This document shows positions 59,650 to 64,000 of a stretch of 64,000 nt of DNA, one piece after another. How positions within the stretch are numbered: the first letter of the stretch is position 1; each line of letters begins with the position of its first letter. The DNA comes from an uncultured Gammaproteobacteria bacterium (GTDB lineage Bacteria; Patescibacteriota; Microgenomatia; Levybacterales; UBA12049). Under the pieces are notes generated by a model. That model saw nothing but the letters and a program-made list of their open reading frames with translations. It made no database searches and was not told where the DNA came from. Location: NCBI GenBank assembly GCA_964474445.1, contig CAYYSJ010000005.1:17835-81834 (forward strand), given 5' to 3'. The position numbers were made by a program, and so were the translations under genes.

Positions 59650-61944
59650 TTGTCTATGCAGGACTTTAAAAGTCGACGGCGAAGTAAAGGTATTTTTCAT
59701 ATTCTGCTCCACTTGATTCCGGGAATTGGTGGGAAATCTGATATTGAGCTACTCAGTACTCTTACAAAATATGCGTTTTTTGCACTCATTGGCCTTGTTG
59801 TTGTTGTTGTCTTTCTCTTTATTTGGTATGGCAAAGACTTGCCAACTCCAGGAAAATTAATTACCAGTAGTCTTACTGAATCAACAAGAATCTATGACCG
59901 AAAAGGCATCTTACTTTACTCAGTGTACAAGGATCAAAATAGAGCGTATGTGCAATTGCAAGATATCCCCAAAAACCTACAACATGCAACCATTGCCATT
60001 GAAGACAGGAATTTTTACCAAAATTCCGGATTCTCTATCAGAGGATATTTACGAGCGTTTGTTGGGATTATTACCCTTCGTGGGATTTCTGGAGGATCTA
60101 CACTTACCCAACAGTTAGTAAAAAATGTGTTGTTGCAAGATACCAGGCAAACAGTTACTCGTAAAATAAAAGAGCTCATTTTAGCAATTCAGGTCGATAA
60201 GAGGTATTCCAAAGATCAAATTTTAGAAATGTATTTAAATGATGTGCCATATGGTGGTGCAAATATTGGTGTTGAAGCTGCTGCTGAGGCATATTTTGGA
60301 AAGCATGCGAAAGATTTGGATGTTGCTGAATGTGCATTTCTTGCAGGTCTTCCTCAAGGACCAAGTCTCTACTCCCCTTTCAATGGTCATAAATATTATT
60401 TAGGAAGAAGTAAGAATGTGTTGCAGGCAATGACGGACGAAAATTATATTACCCAAAAACAAGCAGATGCTGCGTATAAAGAAATTCAAGGCATGACGTT
60501 CTCAGATACGGATAGGTCCATCAAAGCGCCACATTTTGTTATGTATATCAAGCAATTGGCAGCAAAACAATTTGGTGATGCAACAGTACAAAATGGAGGA
60601 CTGCAAATCTATACGACCCTTGATTATGACATTGAAAAACAGGCAGAACAGATTGTGAAAGATGAGGTTAGCAAATTAAAGGGATATCATGTGGCAAATG
60701 GTGCAGCAATGGTGATGGATCCAAAGACTGGACAAATTCTGGCAATGGTTGGAAATACCGATTATTTCGATACGACGGCGGATGGTAACTTTAATGATGC
60801 AGTTGATGCAAAAAGACAACCAGGATCATCCCTAAAACCTGTTATTTATGCAACAGGTCTCATGAAAGGATACACTGCAGCGACTACCTTTATGGATGTG
60901 AAGACTGATTTTCCAAGTGGAGATCCAACACATCCTACCTATACCCCGGTGAACTATGATGGCAAGTTTCATGGACCAATCCAAATGCGGTTTGCTCTGG
61001 GGAATTCTATGAATATTCCTGCTGTGAAGATGCTTGCGATGGTTGGTATTAAAGACGCAATGCAAACAGGTTATCAGATGGGAATCCAAAGTTGGGAGCC
61101 AACACAAGAAACAATTGCAAGTGTTGGACTATCACTTGTTTTAGGAGGACGAGAAACAACATTGTTAAATGAAATGACAGCATATAGTACCTTTGCAACA
61201 GGCGGTATTCGTCATGATCCAGTCTCAATCATGAAAATAACAGACAGTCATGGAAACACCCTCTTTACCAACACAGATAAACCAGGAGTAAAAGTATTGT
61301 CACCTGATGTCTCCTTCATTATTTCTCATATGCTTTTGGATAACAACGCAAGAACTTTGGAATTTGGACCAAGTAGTTATTTAGTGATTCCTGGAAAGAC
61401 TGTGAGTGTAAAGACGGGAACCACCGATGATAAACGGGATAACTGGACCATGGGCTATACCCCCTCCTCTGTTGTTGGAGTATGGGTTGGAAATAATGAT
61501 AATACGCCAATGAATCAGGCCATTGCCTCAGGGGTGACCGGTGCTTCTCCAATCTGGAATAGGATTATGACTGCAGTTCTTAAAGGCAAAGCAGATGAAC
61601 AACCCCAAAAGCCAGATAATGTGAATGCTGTTTCGATTGATGCTCTCTTTGGAGGGTTGCCCGTGGATGGACAGCCAACACGAGTTGAGTACTTTATTAA
61701 AGGGACAGAGCCAACAAGCAAATCCTCTGTGTATCAACAAAAAGATGGGAAAACGTATTATATAGTGAGAGAGAGTGATCCTGTCTCAACAGATGGACAG
61801 AATCGCTGGCAACAAGGGATAGATGCGTGGATTCATGAAAACCATTCAGCAGCAGATTACCAATGGTACCCACCAGATGATTTACTCAAGTCTTTGGGGA
61901 TTACCCCAGCACCGAGTATTACACCTACCCCCACTCCACACTAG
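59650..61944 (+). CDS. Class A penicillin-binding protein (PBP1A; glycosyltransferase + transpeptidase)
   Basis: N-terminal TM. GT51 motif IEDRNFYQNSGFS. TP motifs SSLKP, SMN and KTGTT. Confidence 0.85.
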   Translation: MSMQDFKSRRRSKGIFHILLHLIPGIGGKSDIELLSTLTKYAFFALIGLVVVVVFLFIWYGKDLPTPGKLITSSLTESTRIYDRKGILLYSVYKDQNRAYVQLQDIPKNLQHATIAIEDRNFYQNSGFSIRGYLRAFVGIITLRGISGGSTLTQQLVKNVLLQDTRQTVTRKIKELILAIQVDKRYSKDQILEMYLNDVPYGGANIGVEAAAEAYFGKHAKDLDVAECAFLAGLPQGPSLYSPFNGHKYYLGRSKNVLQAMTDENYITQKQADAAYKEIQGMTFSDTDRSIKAPHFVMYIKQLAAKQFGDATVQNGGLQIYTTLDYDIEKQAEQIVKDEVSKLKGYHVANGAAMVMDPKTGQILAMVGNTDYFDTTADGNFNDAVDAKRQPGSSLKPVIYATGLMKGYTAATTFMDVKTDFPSGDPTHPTYTPVNYDGKFHGPIQMRFALGNSMNIPAVKMLAMVGIKDAMQTGYQMGIQSWEPTQETIASVGLSLVLGGRETTLLNEMTAYSTFATGGIRHDPVSIMKITDSHGNTLFTNTDKPGVKVLSPDVSFIISHMLLDNNARTLEFGPSSYLVIPGKTVSVKTGTTDDKRDNWTMGYTPSSVVGVWVGNNDNTPMNQAIASGVTGASPIWNRIMTAVLKGKADEQPQKPDNVNAVSIDALFGGLPVDGQPTRVEYFIKGTEPTSKSSVYQQKDGKTYYIVRESDPVSTDGQNRWQQGIDAWIHENHSAADYQWYPPDDLLKSLGITPAPSITPTPTPH

Positions 61945-62009
61945 GATGGATGATGCTTTTCCACTCGATAAGTTCTATTTGGGTTCTTCAAAAAGCTCAG
62001 GATGATAAT

Positions 62010-62558
62010 TTAGCCAATTAATTTAAGGAGGAGAGGAAATTCTTTGTAAGGTTGATTAAAATAATCAGAACCCATATGTGCTTCTCCTTTTGGAATAATT
62101 AATGTGCCTTTTTCTAATTGATCAAGCATATATCTTCCTTCAACGTCATTGCATCCCCAAGGATCATTGTCAGAATTAATAAAAATAATATCATCTACAT
62201 TATCTGAAATTTTTTTCCAGTCATATGTGTTTTGGAGAATTTTTTCTGGATCTTTTTCCTCACCTTTTGGTCTTGCATAACCGGCAACAAGAATTGCCTG
62301 TTTAATCTTTACGTCAATATTCTCTAAAACACTTAGTTGTAAGGGGCCTCCAGCAGAATGTCCTAAGAGAATTGTTTCCTCGTTGTAATTTTCTTTTAGT
62401 GCAACAGGAAGCCAATTAGCCAAATCAGGATAATCTGGATTTGGAAGAAGAGGAATAGAAACAGAATATCCTTTTTCTTCTAATTCTTTCTTTAACCAAG
62501 GAAACCAAAAAGATTGATCTGTTTCACCTGTTCCGTGGAGAATGATGATGTTTTTCAT
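62010..62558 (-). CDS. Alpha/beta serine hydrolase (YdeN/RBBP9-like)
   Basis: GHSAGG nucleophile elbow. 182 aa. Confidence 0.6.
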   Translation of the reverse strand: MKNIIILHGTGETDQSFWFPWLKKELEEKGYSVSIPLLPNPDYPDLANWLPVALKENYNEETILLGHSAGGPLQLSVLENIDVKIKQAILVAGYARPKGEEKDPEKILQNTYDWKKISDNVDDIIFINSDNDPWGCNDVEGRYMLDQLEKGTLIIPKGEAHMGSDYFNQPYKEFPLLLKLIG

Positions 62559-64000
62559 TTTACTTTTCCTTTGAAGGTTTTCTCAATTGAGGAAATAATC
62601 TTTTTACGAATATCAGCTACGTCTTCTGTTGTGAGATTTTTTTCTTTGTGTTGATAGACAATATGGAAAGTTCTAGTGTTCTCATAGATATCTAGTAATG
62701 AAACTTCTGTGATCAAATCACTTTGTTTTTGGATATTTACTATCACATCTCCTGTTCTCACTTTACTATCCAACACAAAAGCAAGATCTTCTGTAATTGC
62801 TGGATACTTAGCAAGTGGTGTATATGTTTTATGCAGTGTTGCATGTTTGAGGAGTGTCTCAAAGTCAAATTCTGCAGTAACAACATGTTTATCCATTACT
62901 TCAATAACTCCCACATGATCTTTTCCAATATAGACACTTGCTCCAATACCACCAAGTTCTGAGTCAGTAAAGGTGAGATCGTGTATGCCAAATTCTTTTG
63001 CTAATTGCTCAATGGTTCCTTTTGCATGAGAGAATGTTCCTCGTTTGCCTTTGAGAATATATGCAAGTGTTCTTCTCTCATCTGGCAATTTCTTCTTTTT
63101 ATTCTTTGTATACACATTGGCAATTTCAAAGATTTCAACAGTATCCCTTGCCTTATTTTCTGCAACAACTTGCAAAAGACTTGGGGTAAGCGTTGTTCGC
63201 ATATGCACATGATCATTATCCAACGGATTTGCAAGCGTGACTGCTTCATCAATTGGTCCTTCAAGCAGTGCCTCACTGACCATGGAGTAGGTGTACACTT
63301 CTGTTAATCCCCATAATTTGAGCATGTCTTTTGCTTTTTGTTCCCAGAAGAATTGGTTACTTCCCTGATGATATGGTGTTGTAAAAGTAAATGGAGGAAG
63401 CGTACTTGGAATATTATGATACCCATACATTCTTGCAACTTCTTCAATAACATCCTCTGGAATCGTAACATCCAGTTCCCGCCAACTTGGCACTTTAACC
63501 ATTAAACTGCTATTTTTTTCTTCCACTTCAAATCCGAGACCTTTTAAAATGGTGATGGATTTTGAGAGAGGAATAGCAACACCAATCGTGCGATTAATTT
63601 CTTCGTGAGTGACGGTTACTGTTGCTGGTTTTACTTTTCCTGGGTAAATATCAATAACCTCACTGACAACTTTTGCATGTGCCACTTCTTTATATAACTG
63701 TACTCCCCTTTGAAGTGCTTGCAATGCAAGCTCTGGATCAACACCTTTTTCATTCAATGCTGCTGCTTCGGTACGAATAGCAAGCCCCATCGATGTTTTT
63801 CGAATTCTCCATGGATCGTTGTTATCAAAGAAGAAAAGAATTCGTTTAGTAGCATCTGTGACAACACTATTTGCTGTTCCCATGATCCCCAGCAAATCAA
63901 TAATTTCCCCTTCTCCGTTATCAGCAACAATATCTCCACCTGAAAGCGTATGTTCCTTTTTATCAAGCGTTACAATTTTTTCTCCTTTTTTGGATGGACG
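62555..64000 (-). CDS. pheT: Phenylalanyl-tRNA synthetase beta subunit. 3' portion only; the reading frame stays open to the window edge.
   Basis: B3/B4 region (DLLGIMGTANSVV), B5 and the C-terminal FDX-ACB/anticodon-binding-like region. Hand translation of 63896-64000 shows no stop codon, so the N-terminus is outside the window. Confidence 0.8.
   Translation of the reverse strand, partial: RPSKKGEKIVTLDKKEHTLSGGDIVADNGEGEIIDLLGIMGTANSVVTDATKRILFFFDNNDPWRIRKTSMGLAIRTEAAALNEKGVDPELALQALQRGVQLYKEVAHAKVVSEVIDIYPGKVKPATVTVTHEEINRTIGVAIPLSKSITILKGLGFEVEEKNSSLMVKVPSWRELDVTIPEDVIEEVARMYGYHNIPSTLPPFTFTTPYHQGSNQFFWEQKAKDMLKLWGLTEVYTYSMVSEALLEGPIDEAVTLANPLDNDHVHMRTTLTPSLLQVVAENKARDTVEIFEIANVYTKNKKKKLPDERRTLAYILKGKRGTFSHAKGTIEQLAKEFGIHDLTFTDSELGGIGASVYIGKDHVGVIEVMDKHVVTAEFDFETLLKHATLHKTYTPLAKYPAITEDLAFVLDSKVRTGDVIVNIQKQSDLITEVSLLDIYENTRTFHIVYQHKEKNLTTEDVADIRKKIISSIEKTFKGKVK

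Overview
This 64-kb window is a gene-dense, low-GC bacterial chromosome segment. Shine-Dalgarno usage is weak and many gene junctions are 4-nt ATGA overlaps. Long housekeeping ORFs are intact with standard stop codons, so no global UGA recoding. The gene repertoire fits a reduced, Patescibacteria/CPR-like or similar small-genome bacterium, but that is inference.

From left to right the window contains:
- An arginine/citrulline module: an amidinotransferase-fold enzyme and an ArgG that carries an extra C-terminal CarB-type MGS-like domain. FolD follows.
- A tightly packed six-gene operon of small charged proteins including an HNH nuclease and an HD hydrolase, divergent from an XRE regulator.
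- A gyrB-ppa-gyrA block, a DacA-like carboxypeptidase, AlkA and HolB.
- A roughly 24-kb type IV pilus locus: pilB, pilT, pilC, a major pilin, PilD, six minor or pseudopilins and pilMNO. Three GT-C-type membrane glycosyltransferase-like genes are embedded in it (DUF2029-like, DUF2723+TPR, PIG-V-like). It also holds two adjacent paralogous secreted Asn/Thr/Gly-rich tandem-repeat proteins and an orphan histidine kinase.
- A ribosomal/RNA-processing cluster (rpmF-nusB-rnc-rpsP-KH-trmD), then recG.
- A translationally coupled aromatic amino-acid operon: PfkB-family kinase, DAHP synthase, chorismate mutase, aminotransferase and a TyrA-PheA fusion, followed by tyrS. Upstream of it is what looks like a classic ribosome-mediated attenuator. 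It has a sigma70-like promoter, a 24-codon leader peptide (MHIRKAANFYFYFFTSDEGGLLLA, six consecutive Phe/Tyr codons), alternative 1:2, 2:3 and 3:4 helices, and a GC-hairpin/U7 terminator. The TyrA-PheA fusion is interrupted by a single in-frame TGA.
- A cytoplasmic GAF-PAS histidine kinase and a SAM methyltransferase.
- A three-gene region in which a 44-nt direct repeat follows each gene, cassette-like, and includes a lone purN.
- A metallophosphoesterase, PBP1A, a YdeN-like hydrolase and a partial pheT at the window end.

No tRNA, rRNA or CRISPR was recognised.
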